DNA from: Lepidodermella squamata
Taxonomy: Eukaryota > Animalia > Gastrotricha
DNA: 64,000 bases
Assembly (NCBI GenBank): GCA_047495785.1
Contig: JBLDXI010000025.1
Location: 1,798,001 to 1,862,000, forward strand
Direction: 5' to 3'
The notes under the pieces were generated by a model. It was given only the letters and a program-made list of their open reading frames with translations. It ran no database searches and was not told where the DNA came from. Below are positions 48,501 to 60,031 of this stretch, in pieces. A program made the position numbers and the translations under genes. Within the stretch, counting starts at the first letter, position 1. The number at the start of each line of letters is the position of its first letter.

Positions 48501-51500
48501 CCGGCAAGACTCAGTCTCCGCCTGCTTCGACCTGTCCGATGTTGGGAATGACGCGAGATTCGTCACACTAACCGCCGAGCCGACAAATTCGAGCTGCCAA
48601 AACGCGGGCCGAGTGAACGCGTTTGCGTTTGAAAGCGCCGATATCGCCGCTAATTCGTTCAACGAATTCATAAATACGACGTTTAAATGCATTCGAGTGG
48701 CTCGAAGCGGCTGTGGTACGATGATGAACAAGAATCAGACGCATTTCATTTACACGAATACGATAACGCGGACGAACACGGCGCCGTCGAGCGGCGGCAC
48801 GTTCCGCTTTGTTATCAAATGCTCGGCGCAGCGGTACTACTCGCCGTTGACTGCGTCGTATAAAACGTACCTGCCGGAGGTTGTCATCGAGAAGAGCTAT
48901 CTGTACCAGGTTTCCATGTGCTTCTGCAACCCGATCGATCGACCCACCGATCCGTGTGTCGCTCAGGATCCGGTTCAGGTCACCCGCGGATCCCTTCTAC
49001 AGGCTTGCATCATTTTAACGTAAGTAACCGGATTTGTTAATTTTGTAAAATTTCAGAAGCTGAATTGGAAAAATTATATTTTTTGCAGAGCAAAATGCGG
49101 CGGCAAATTAAATTGAAAATTGAAAATTAAAATTTACAAAATTTACAAAAATTTGAATAATGGAACAGGAGACTCGAACCGCAAATTGAGCATGAATTTT
49201 TCACTATTTGAAGGCCACTGCCTCACTTTTTGAATTTTCTAAGCGCAGAATTTCGGCATTAGAATTTTAATCTTATTGTGTAGTTCATGGGCGCAAAACA
49301 CCGAATTTTTCAATTTCTATTGGAGCCTTTTCGAGCCGATGGAGAAACGATTGGCGTTCATTATCCGAAACTGATTGTTTTAGTGGATTTAGGTGATTTT
49401 AACGCTCCAAGTCGGTCATAATTGTAGCTGAAGCCCATGTCGATTGAACCAGTCAGATATCAGACTGAAAATACGAGGTATAGAGTAGAGTCCCCTGTTT
49501 GGAGAATGTAGGCTAGTGGGAACTGTTCCCCCACAAACGAAGCCATGGATCGTATAATTTGGGCACACATCGTTGGGCAAGGTTTAAAGGTTCCATCCGA
49601 AAGGTACTAATTCCCGCCTAAAGCCAATACATTGGCGTATGCATTGGCAAGGTACATCGTGGTAGTCAGGATTATTGTTCGCTGGGGGCATCACGGCCGG
49701 TGTAGACGCCGTTGAGGTAGAGCGATTCGCCATTTCGCCATTCGCCATTCAATTGTTGAAAGGGAAGTCATTCAAGTTTATTTCTGCTAAAACTTTTGGA
49801 TTTTTCGGCATTTTTGAGCTCAATTCCGGGCCCCCTTAGTTTCGCGCAGGCTATGACAAAGAACAACATACACATCGACGGGTCATCGGCACCTGAGTCG
49901 TAGATAGCCATTGACTCACCATTATGATCAAGAAGAAGTAATCGAGAAGTTCAATGGTTACATTTTCTTACACAAAACAATCGCTTGTGACCTCGGTAAT
50001 TTTGAAGCAGGCAGTTATCAATTGTGATGGCCCGTCCCTCCTTGCGCACGAGGCCTTACTGATTTCCGAAAACCACAACAGCAATCATTTTCTTATCATC
50101 TCGGAGGAAAAATCGGTCAGGTGTTGAACTGGGTCAAATCGATCGGAGGCAGTGTTTTCGGGATCTTCGACAACAGCGCACGAGCGCATCGTTGAAGAGC
50201 TAAATCAAGGCTCAAAAGAGATATCAAGCTAGAATGCTTAGAGAGACATTGCAGCTTTTGAGGTACTTGAAATCAGGCAGCTCAGGAGCGCAGCTGTTGA
50301 GGAGCAGGTTCCAGCCTAGGGTGCGGCATCAGAGTGGAATCTGGCTTTCGCCTTACACCTAGGACCTAGGGTCGAGTGAACACTTCAGGTAGTGTGTACC
50401 ATTTCTAGCTTTGCTGCTAGAAACGTAATCGTACCTATTGATCTCATAGACGCTTATAAGGTTTTGAAGCTCAAGGTGCCGCCAGACAACAAAGGCGCTC
50501 TCAGCCATTGCGACATGATAAGCGGGAGAGTCGATATGAATCATCAGGAAATCATTGCATTTAAAAAGTATTTCCGCATCAGTCCATTTTCATGATACAA
50601 GATGAGCGAGAGCTTCTAGCTGTAAAATACACGGGATCAGGGTTAACATCATGAGCCAGCAGCTGAATGGCTTTTCCAACAGAGAAATTTTCTTTCACTT
50701 CTTTCACAAATCAACCGACCGATCGCCGATGGGAAATGGATTCTCCGGACGATGGCATTGTGGGTGGTTGTCCTAAGGAGGCACTGGAGGGTTCAACCGA
50801 CAGCCCAATGGATGGGTCTTCTGACGAGACACTTTAGGACGTAGAGGCTGCCTTAAATATAATGGTTACCTTTCCCCAAATTGTGCTGATGTAGTCGCTT
50901 CTCCGCTGAGCGGCGAGTCTCTCCAATGTAGAATTTAGTCGACTTGCGTTGGGGGAAAACGGGATAAGTCACTCCGCGGTATATTCGGTTTGTCGAAGAG
51001 TTTGTTATTATTAACTTGGGTGCATTGATATCGCCAACAGCATTGCAGTCCACAGCGCTGTTCATTTGATTTGAGGCTTGCTGGGTTTTTTTTCAAAACA
51101 GCGTCAATGGCCTCTTTCGTAATGCGTCGGTCATGTCGCATCGTTGAAACGCATGGAAATTCATGACCTGCGTAATCTTTACCTCGCCAGACTGTTTACG
51201 GTTCCAAGGATTTTCGCCGGACAGCCGGTGAATCCCAAATTCTGATTCAGCCGATCGCAGGCTGTTCGCCTCGGGCCTGTAGCCGTGTGTGCATGGTAAT
51301 AGTACCGAGTTGGTGCTGGAACCGCGGCAGACGCGACCAGCGGAAGGCATAGCGAAAAGTATTCAAATGCTTATAAACCAGGCCGTGACGAGATTGAAAC
51401 CGGTCGGCCACCTTTGTATCCAACAATTTGGAGCCATGGTATAAGGAATGGAATTTAGAAGTTAGATGCGCTAGTTGACCTTAGCAAGGAAAAAAATCAC

Positions 51501-53027
51501 GATAGCAATTTAAATTTCTCAAAAAATCTTAACAAGATTGCATAAATACTAAAGTTGAATTTCAAATTTAAATTGAACTTAACCAGCCCGTGATTATATA
51601 TTTTTTACTTTATTTAGGACCAAGGAACCCAACTTGGAAATTGTGGTTCATAACTGTTCAGTTCAAGCCGGTCTGCAGGTGCCCGAGTCGCGAAAGCTGT
51701 ACCTATTCCGCAATAAATGCCGACAGGAAGATTCAGTTGTCTTCTCACCTTGGACGCCGCTCATGTACGCCTTCGAATTCCAAGCCCGGCAATACTTGGA
51801 CATCCAAGATCAGGTTTGAATAAATACAAAAATTTCAAATTGATTGAATTATTTTTCGGAGAAAATATTGTTTTATTTTTTTATGATATATTTTCACGAA
51901 TTTCACAGCGAAATTATACTTGGAATCCTCCTTCGGTATATTAAAAAATGGCTTAATACCTGAAAAATATTCGCCATTCCAACTCACATTGTCAAAGCCG
52001 TTAATCAGAACGACCGTTAAATTGTGTAGAAAATCGCTCCGCCTCACCTCTTCACAGCATTTCTCTCATTTGCTCTGCTTTAATTGTTATAAAAAAAATA
52101 TCGGAAAAATCCATCCTTTAATCTCACATCGTCTCGTCTGCCTTAATTATCGTATTTTATTGTAGTCAAATTTTACCTTTAATAACCTCGTGGGATTTTT
52201 TCAGATGTTTTTGGATAATTTTTCTAATATTTTATTTTTGTGTCAATTTTCAGGTGTATGTCGTGTGTCAAGCGTACGTGTGCCAGGCCGATGATTCATC
52301 AGCCATGTGCGACCGCACGTGCACGTCTATGGAAAAGCCGCCTCAACCGGCGTCACGCGGCGGCGATGACGACGACAACATGCGGCGAATGATTAAGCGA
52401 ACCAAACGAGACACCGTCGTATCAACGCAACACCCAGGCCACCCGGATTTCGTCCAAGTCTACCTTGGGCCTATTCGGTTCAGCGATTTGCCGGCTGTCC
52501 TGCAGAATTTCGACCCGGAAGCGTTTGTACGGCAGAATTTGTCCAAGACCTTGCATTCTCAACGGACGAGGATAGGCAAGTACCATTAGAAAAATCAATA
52601 TTTTCAAGTTTTTGAAAAAAATTTCAAAATCTCTAACAATTTTGAAATCGAAATTTTAAATTTTTCAAATTTTGTTTTAATTTTATATTGTGGATTTTAT
52701 ACAAAATTTTAAAATTTAAAATTTAGAATTTTCAAAACTAAAATTTTAAAATTCTTGAAAAAACGTTTAGATGTGAAGTTTTAATTATTTTTTCCGAATG
52801 AAGAAAAGTCGAATATTCCCGGCGATGGGGGTTTGAACCTAGCTGCTGATACTGGACTCGTAAATTTCAACGAAATTTCGCTAATGGAGGAGCAGAAGCA
52901 GCCGTTGGCTGGTTCGCTGAGTCGCATCGTCGAAAGCATCGAAGGCGCCGTTGCCTCATCGGCCGCCGCTTCAGCCGGTCACTTTTTCGTCGTGTCCCTA
53001 TTACTCGCCGTCGTCTGCTTCCTATAG
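45593..53027 (+). CDS. Cys-rich + VWC + 2 SRCR + ZP-domain protein with furin site and GPI-like tail (DMBT1/uromodulin-like layout); first exon unresolved; exons 45593-45764, 45887-46134, 46247-46391, 46448-46577, [46675-47005 or 47334-47511], 47792-47942, 48264-49019, 51618-51813, 52254-52575, 52804-53027
   Basis: [22 protein letters not shown] (VWC, DGCR2-like); IRLVGG..GRVE..WG[TS]VCDD x2; [31 protein letters not shown]; RRMIKRTKR; terminal [23 protein letters not shown]. Confidence 0.88.
50853..51350 (-). mobile_element. Penelope-like element relic (GIY-YIG endonuclease) in an intron
   Basis: [23 protein letters not shown]; frameshifted upstream part. Confidence 0.65.
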
Positions 53028-53949
53028 CCTGGGCAACTACTACTACGAGAGAATCAACCTTAAAATTAAATTAAAATTCACCGTGCGTGATTTATATCGA
53101 ATAAGATGGATGAAATTCATCTCCTCACTGAATTTTTACCTCACCCGACTGAAAGTCGAAAAAATTTAATTTATGACCGAAAAAACAGTGCCAAACTAAA
53201 GGATGTCAATAATTATCGAAAAAGTCAACCTCAACTCTGCTGTGATATAAAATAATCGTCGAATCGAAAGCGATAATTGGCTAATTGAGTTGTGAACAAA
53301 TTTTCGTCTCTATGTCTCGCCTGTTATATGTTATATTTGTTGAAAATTCGTAAAAATTACTTGTGAAAATTGAACTTTTTTATATTTTCACTGATGCAAA
53401 TTGTTTGTTGCTTGTTTTATTCATTCATTTTTATGATGATCTCATCCGTTATGTTCAAAATTAAATTAATATATATTGAAAATTGACAGTAATAAAGATT
53501 TTATTCTATTTTCATCTATCCGATCTCCCCGTTATAATTGCTGTCCAGGGTCTAAATATTGAGGCAAGGAAAAAAATCAAGGAAAATTGAGCTATTTGTT
53601 GTCGATTTAGTTTCCAATCTTCAAGTTTTATGCGAAGAATTTCTGAGCTTGAATGTTCGTATTGATCATATTTGCTTGTATTTGTGCATGATAACTTATA
53701 ATCAGAATAATTGATAAATATGGCGAAGGACGAGATTTCAAGAATAAAAGGACTGATCTTTTCAATTTTTCTTGATTTTTTAGGACAATTTTTAAGCCCA
53801 CAACATTGCTCAGTCGAAATTGAGGTGTTACGGCAAAACAGCAAACGACTTTTCAGCAGAATTCCTTAGAATTTGTCCATAAAAGGAACGTGAAAATGAA
53901 TTTTTTATCTGCGACAATTGAGCAAACGACAGTTCAGCCAACCACAGGA

Positions 53950-55560
53950 GTTCTTTTTCAATTTGGATTAGGTCATGCTAGACTTCGTCTTTGTATCAAC
54001 TGACTAAAGATCCTTTTCAAACAGGAAGTGCTGATCCTAACAGGATGGAACCTCCTTGTTTTTAATTCGTCGCCGTTCGACTACTATAAACTTCCGGCAA
54101 AAAGTCCGCCACAGATTTTATCAATCTGTTTAATGGAGAACATGTAGTGCGGTACGACTTGTCGCATGTCTCCCTATTCAGACATCAGACATACTAGAAA
54201 ATAACAAAAATTGTCCTGTTCCGATTCAAAAAAATTCAACAACACAGCTTTGATTTTGATGAAAGCCAAAACACTGCGTGGCTATAAATAAGTTAGCCTT
54301 CGCAGACATATTAACCGCCAATAATTACATGTTCAAAGCCGCAACCCAGGACGTCAACTCTGGCTACGCTAGCCTGCACATTAACATATTACATTATATC
54401 CGTTTCTCTGAAATTTAAAGCACGGGTGTCCCGCAGACGTACTTATCTTGATTAAGTTCAACGTTGCCGCAGTTTTTGTGTCTGAGGTTGGCAATTCCAG
54501 ATCAACGAGAGTAAAAATAGCAAAGATAGTTAATGTTGAACTCGAAATTGCTGAACAATTTCAACATTCTGAACAAATTCTACAACATTGGTAACATTTA
54601 GAGACTGAGGGGTAACTGAGGGGTCACGTGATCATACACCAGATGCTACACCTGGGCGATTATCCCAAGAACGATGATAATTAGGACGCGGCTCTCAAAG
54701 AAGAAATTCGTCAGCGTGATTCGGTTTTTTCATGTATGATACTTCGTGCAAATTCGACTTCATATGGACTTATTGACACTGTCCCATAAAACTGGTCCAA
54801 AAGCCACCAAAAGCCTACGAGACGCTGGTTTACTATCCGTTTTCACCAACATTGAACGATTCCCAAGTAGGGCGGAGATAAAAGTATGCCTTTTAGACAC
54901 CCTGCAGTAGTTGTAGTCACCCTACGCTGAAGAATCGGCGATTTAGCGTTAATGGATAGGCAATCGACATTTCAACAACCTCTGAGTCTTTTTCTCAAGA
55001 CTGGATTATGAGTCGAATTAGGTTCAGTCCTTTTATCAATGAGCTGAACATCCCTTTGAAATGGGACGTATGCTGATCCTACAGGATGGAGCCCATTCTT
55101 TTTAATTCGTCGCCGTTCGACTAGTACCGAGTTTCCGGCAATTAGTCCGTTGTAAATTTTCCAGCTTTCCTCGATCTGTCTAATGGAGAACGTTGCTTTC
55201 AGGAAGTAGAGCGGCGCGATAATCTCTTTCCACGCTCTCTGGGGGCGAAGCCGCCCACATTGAGATCCCAGACAGACTAGAAAATGCTAAATAATGTCCT
55301 CCTTCGATGCCCATCGTCACGGTTTCCCCGCTATCCGCGCCCACTTACACGCGCAAAGCCGAAACACAGGACGCCTACTCTGGCTTACACTAGTCAGAAT
55401 ATTCAAAAATAGTAGCCACCCCTAATCACATAAAAATATTATCCGTGTTCTATGAAATTCAAATCACGAATATATAAAGCCACACTTATCTCGATTAATT
55501 TCGCCCATACACGATCCCACGTTCCTGCATGCGCGTCCGAGGCAAGTAACTTTGGCTGAA
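53950..55560. repeat. Diverged direct duplication (about 53950-54500 vs about 54990-55560)
   Basis: Collinear shared blocks: TGCTGATCCT..ACAGGATGGA, TTTTTAATTCGTCGCCGTTCGACTA, TAATGGAGAAC, ACTAGAAAAT, CAGGACG..ACTCTGGCT, ACTTATCT.GATTAA. Confidence 0.85.
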
Positions 55561-55846
55561 CGAGAACAAGCGTGGCAAATAAGCACGGAAACTTATCTCA
55601 ACCTTGAAAAGGCTCACAATTTGCTGACAATTAGCGACAAATGAACACCTCCAAACAACATTTGCGCAAATGTCACGAGCTCTACGGATGTTCGCAAACC
55701 TTGGAGTTGGCCAAAGTCGTTCGAAGCCATTTGACTGTATTCGTTATTTATTCATAAAATAATGATTGTCAAGCCAATAACACTTAAACATTGAAATACA
55801 AGAACCAAAATTTCACAACTGCGATTTGGACTAGCTTGTTTGACGA

Positions 55847-56298
55847 TCAACTGCTGGCAGCGGTATATTCTGTAATGACTATCGGTGAAACTCTGCGAGG
55901 CTTTCTCGATGGCCTATTTCGAAGTTTGTGATAACCTGCCGCGGATCCGTCAACCAATTTACCGTTAAGATAAAACCGGCAGGACGAGCATATCTTCGAA
56001 ACCTGAATGTGTAGCGAAAGGTTTGAACTGTTTAGCTGAAACTCGGAAAGTTAAAGCTTACGTTTTCAACTGTGTTTTGAGCAGCGTTGATGTTTCGTAT
56101 CCGAAGCTGAGGTTGTACAAGTTCCATGAGTATCTTAGAATTCGCTGGCATTTGATCCGCTTTCTCGCTCGAAGAATCGTCAACCGGTTTCACGCATCGC
56201 CGACCGCCGCAAAACGCTAGATCGGCTTTGAAGATTTCAGCCAGTGAAGATCCGGCATAGTACAAAACGACGAGAATCAGCGGTAAGAGACAGTTCAT
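55847..56298 (-). CDS. Orphan secreted 4-Cys protein with basic tail; exons 56298-56062, 56002-55847
   Basis: Signal peptide, CGGRRC, 59-nt GTAAG..TTCAG intron, VSKICSSC..RNRPSRKPRR, TATATAAA about 80 nt upstream. Confidence 0.7.
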
Positions 56299-57566
56299 TC
56301 TTTCAACGAGTGTGACTTTTTTTAAAGTAAACTTTCGCGCAGATTGTGCTCAATTCTATCTATCGAACTCGGTATTTATATATTGCGATTTCAATTTGCA
56401 GTAAATGACACCCGTGCATCCTACAGGCAAACTTCCGCGCGGATAAAACAACGCCAACGTCGCTTAGAGATCTTTGTAATCAGGTCTTATAGTATTTTTA
56501 CTCGCGAAAAATACTCGTGACAAATGAAAAGGAGCTTTCTCGATGTCCGCGCGAAAATTTCTGGCTGTCCGATGCCCAATCACCGACGTATTATAAAGCG
56601 CCAGAATATTATTAAAATGAGATAGAAATGCTATTTTAACACCCTAATCTGCCTTTCTTCCACAAATCTTCTACCACATTAAAATAATTAATTTCCGTGG
56701 GCACATTTACAGTGGTAAAGTGATTGAAATGCACTTTTCACTTGTCGGTTTTCGAACTTTTCCGATGCGCTCAAGCCGACCCGAAGCCAACCGGACATGG
56801 CGAAATATCCTGGGTCGGAAGAGGTGAAATTCTAACTGTGATTCGCACTCGTCGCACCCGAATTTTCACAGACGTGTGCCAAGTGCACGCCCTAATTTAA
56901 CGGTTCCAGAGGTCACCCTTAAAAATAGAAGGCCTCAATTAAGGTAGGAAAAGCAAGCAATAAATGGTGCACAATAAAGCCTCTCGAGATACACAACATA
57001 ACCTTTGTTCGATATTTATTTGATTTGATCACGCACCCTTCTAACCAGCCAAGGTATGTACGTGAAATATCCGGCGATATTTTAGCGCCTATATGTAACT
57101 AGCGAGCTCCTATTACATCTTTCTTCGCTTTCAATTTTTTTTACGGTCAAGCTAAAATTAGGCTAAGTGGACGGCTCATTTTTCAAACAAGTTGGCTAGA
57201 GGAGCACCTGATAAACTAAAAAACATTCGCTCAGAGATCGATATGTCCGAACGCTCTTGCTGGCACGCGCCAGCTGTTTTTTTGGCGAGCTCATGCGGGA
57301 TCGCTTGCGTGCATGTAGCATGAGCTTTGATGCACGTGAACACGACATGCATCTATTTGGCCATATTAATCTTTCACGGACAATCATTCATTCCTTATAT
57401 TCTGCTGCCATAGTTTCCTACTGTGAAAAGGAAAGGCTGCGCAAAGGACTAGGTTCAGCATCTAGTTTTAAGGCTCATCACAAAATAAGGGTTTCCCGAG
57501 TGACTTGCTTTCCTTGGGATCTTAATTTTTCTTACGGAATGGCTGCTCGCACATTTATATGAACGC

Positions 57567-57953
57567 GATTTTTGCTGCTCGTACATATGATATGTAGCTC
57601 GTCGTACGTATATTTCAAAAACATTTCTGATGAACTTTTCAGTTATATGGATTAATCAATTTTCATCGCGAATGTTCCAAATTTTAACCATATGTGCATC
57701 GAGGCGTGACCAATCTTCCCTCAAAGTTTGGCATGCATAGGGTGAATACTCATTGTTAGCCACCCTGAAACCCGAAATTACCTGAAGTCGGTAATGTTAG
57801 GAACCATAACTGATGGGTGGGTAAACATTTGCAGGTGAGTGGAACCCTGTTAGAGGCATTCGCCCTCAAAAATTAACTTTTCAGGATTGAAATTGAGTAA
57901 TTGGCTGAAATTCAAAGTTTTCATTCGAATATATGTACGACTAGCAAAAATCT
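57567..57953. mobile_element. Possible MITE (imperfect terminal inverted repeats)
   Basis: GATTTTTGCTGCTCGTACATAT ... ATATGTACGACTAGCAAAAATC. Confidence 0.45.
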
Positions 57954-59341
57954 CTTATTTTAAGCTGGGCCAATTGACCTCACTAATGCGACGGCGTTAT
58001 CGACGGTCTGTTACAAGCCTTGCAGAGCCGATATCGATTTCAATTATCGATTTTACAAATCAGTAATTTTCCGATATTTAGCAGTCTCATAAAAGCCGGC
58101 ATGGACAATTGCTCTACATACTTGGACGCACCTGGTAACTAAAAAATCATCAAGTGTTCATCAAGCTACGAAAACTTTGAAATCGCGAAACATTGTAGAA
58201 ATTTGCTCTATGAACCTCGATTTTAGCTTTAACCTAATAATTTCCATCTTCGAACTTCGTATTTCAAACTAGAGCATGGGATATTTATAAACAGGGTTAA
58301 AAATAAACTACCTCATTATTGCATTATTACATCGGAACACGAGCTTATAAAATATATTGAAACGCGAGCTTAACCTGTCTCAACTTGATTCAAGATAGCT
58401 ATCGATTAATTCAACCATTTTTTGGTTTTAACTGTTGAGCATTTTTTGAGAATTTTCAAATCTGCGTTTATACTGTTCGCAGCGGCAATCTCCAACCGGC
58501 TTTTCCATATTTTTAAACTCCCGCTCCAATCAAACAACTCAAAAAGTCACTTTCTTATCATCGACATTCCTTTTGTTTTATTATTAAAATATTTACACTA
58601 TACACAGCTACTTGGTATATAATGTAATAGTAGTCGAAAAATAGCCGATCAGTTTTTTACCAAATTTTCTCCGGCTAATTTGACGGTAAATTTTCTGCCA
58701 TTATTTATATATTTTTCATCAGTCAGACAAGAGTATGCTTGATATTATTTACACAGCCTAAAAATAAATTTGTGTCAAGATTATTTTTTTCGCCTAGAAA
58801 TAGCAACGGAAGAAATAATTGATATTATAATATTTGTTTGTTTCAATAATGATAATATTTAATTATGCCATCGATTTTCGTTTCCAGGTAAGACGGGCAG
58901 ATTTTTTGTGTGTCAGTAAATAGAAAAAAGAAGATGATTTTTTGTGACGGCATTTTTTTAGGTATCGAGAGACACTCACACAACACGTATAGGCGCAATT
59001 TCTCATTCATTGATATAATAATAATTTATTTTTTTCTCTCTCAAAGATTAAATCTTTGAAATTTCAAAAGAAACCGCTATCAACTGCTAAGCTTTTTTTA
59101 TTCATGAGAACGGCGCCTGATTTCTGTGCCGCATAGAATGTTGTCACTTTTTTCCACACAACAAAGCGGAGAGCGAAGGAGAAGAAGAAGAGAAGAAAAA
59201 TCAAGATGACAAGGGTGCATCATAGAACCGAAAAGTACAAAAACGACCTCTTTGTACACACCATAAAGATTAAATATGTATAGAAATATCACAACGTAGT
59301 TGTATTTTACCTTCAAATCCTATATGAGAGCGTGATTGAGA

Positions 59342-59359
59342 AGAGAGAGAGAGAGAGAG
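59342..59359. repeat. (AG)n microsatellite, probably in the NPDC1 3' UTR
   Basis: Direct observation of the repeat; UTR placement is inferred. Confidence 0.8.
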
Positions 59360-60031
59360 TGTGGAAATCATAGAATTTGTCAAGTTTATCATTAACAAAC
59401 AGCATCACCTTGTCATCATTCATATCATAAAGATCAAATCAATTTTAGCGAGGAATAATTATATAAATATTGCACAAGACAGGGTTTCATTCCTAAAAAT
59501 TCAACGAGTAGAATGTTGCGTGTTCTTTTATAGCAAAAAATGTCAAAGACCGGGCGGTTGAATTTTAAACCTAGTCTCAAGTTTCAGATTTTTTTTTTTG
59601 TTATTTGACATGAAATGTGATGATGGAAGATTGCAGGAAGTTGGTTCAACGAATCTGAAACGAATTATATCTGGTTTATTTTTATAGTGTCTAAATTTAT
59701 ATTGTTTACGGCGTACAAAAAACATCAACCGGGATTCAAGTCGTGTTAAGAATGGACGATCAGAGCGCGATTTTTTCTTCATAAATAGCGATAAAACAAT
59801 CGGTCTCAGATGTAAAAAAAACAGATCTCTTCTTTTTCATTCCACGTAATAAAAAAAGAAGACCAGATCTCCGCATAATTTTGCAACTCCCCCTGATTAG
59901 ATGATATTTTTTTTTCTTTTGAATGTGTAAAAAAGATGAAATTTCAAGAGATGTTTGGATTAATTGGATCTAAAGTTTCATTTTCACAGGTATTTATCTT
60001 TTCCGGTTGGATGGATGGTGTGGATCATCAT

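Noticed and set aside
55847-56298. Fifth member of the 12-21 kb peptide family
   Set aside because: Shares only a CxxC; the other motifs and the intron position differ.
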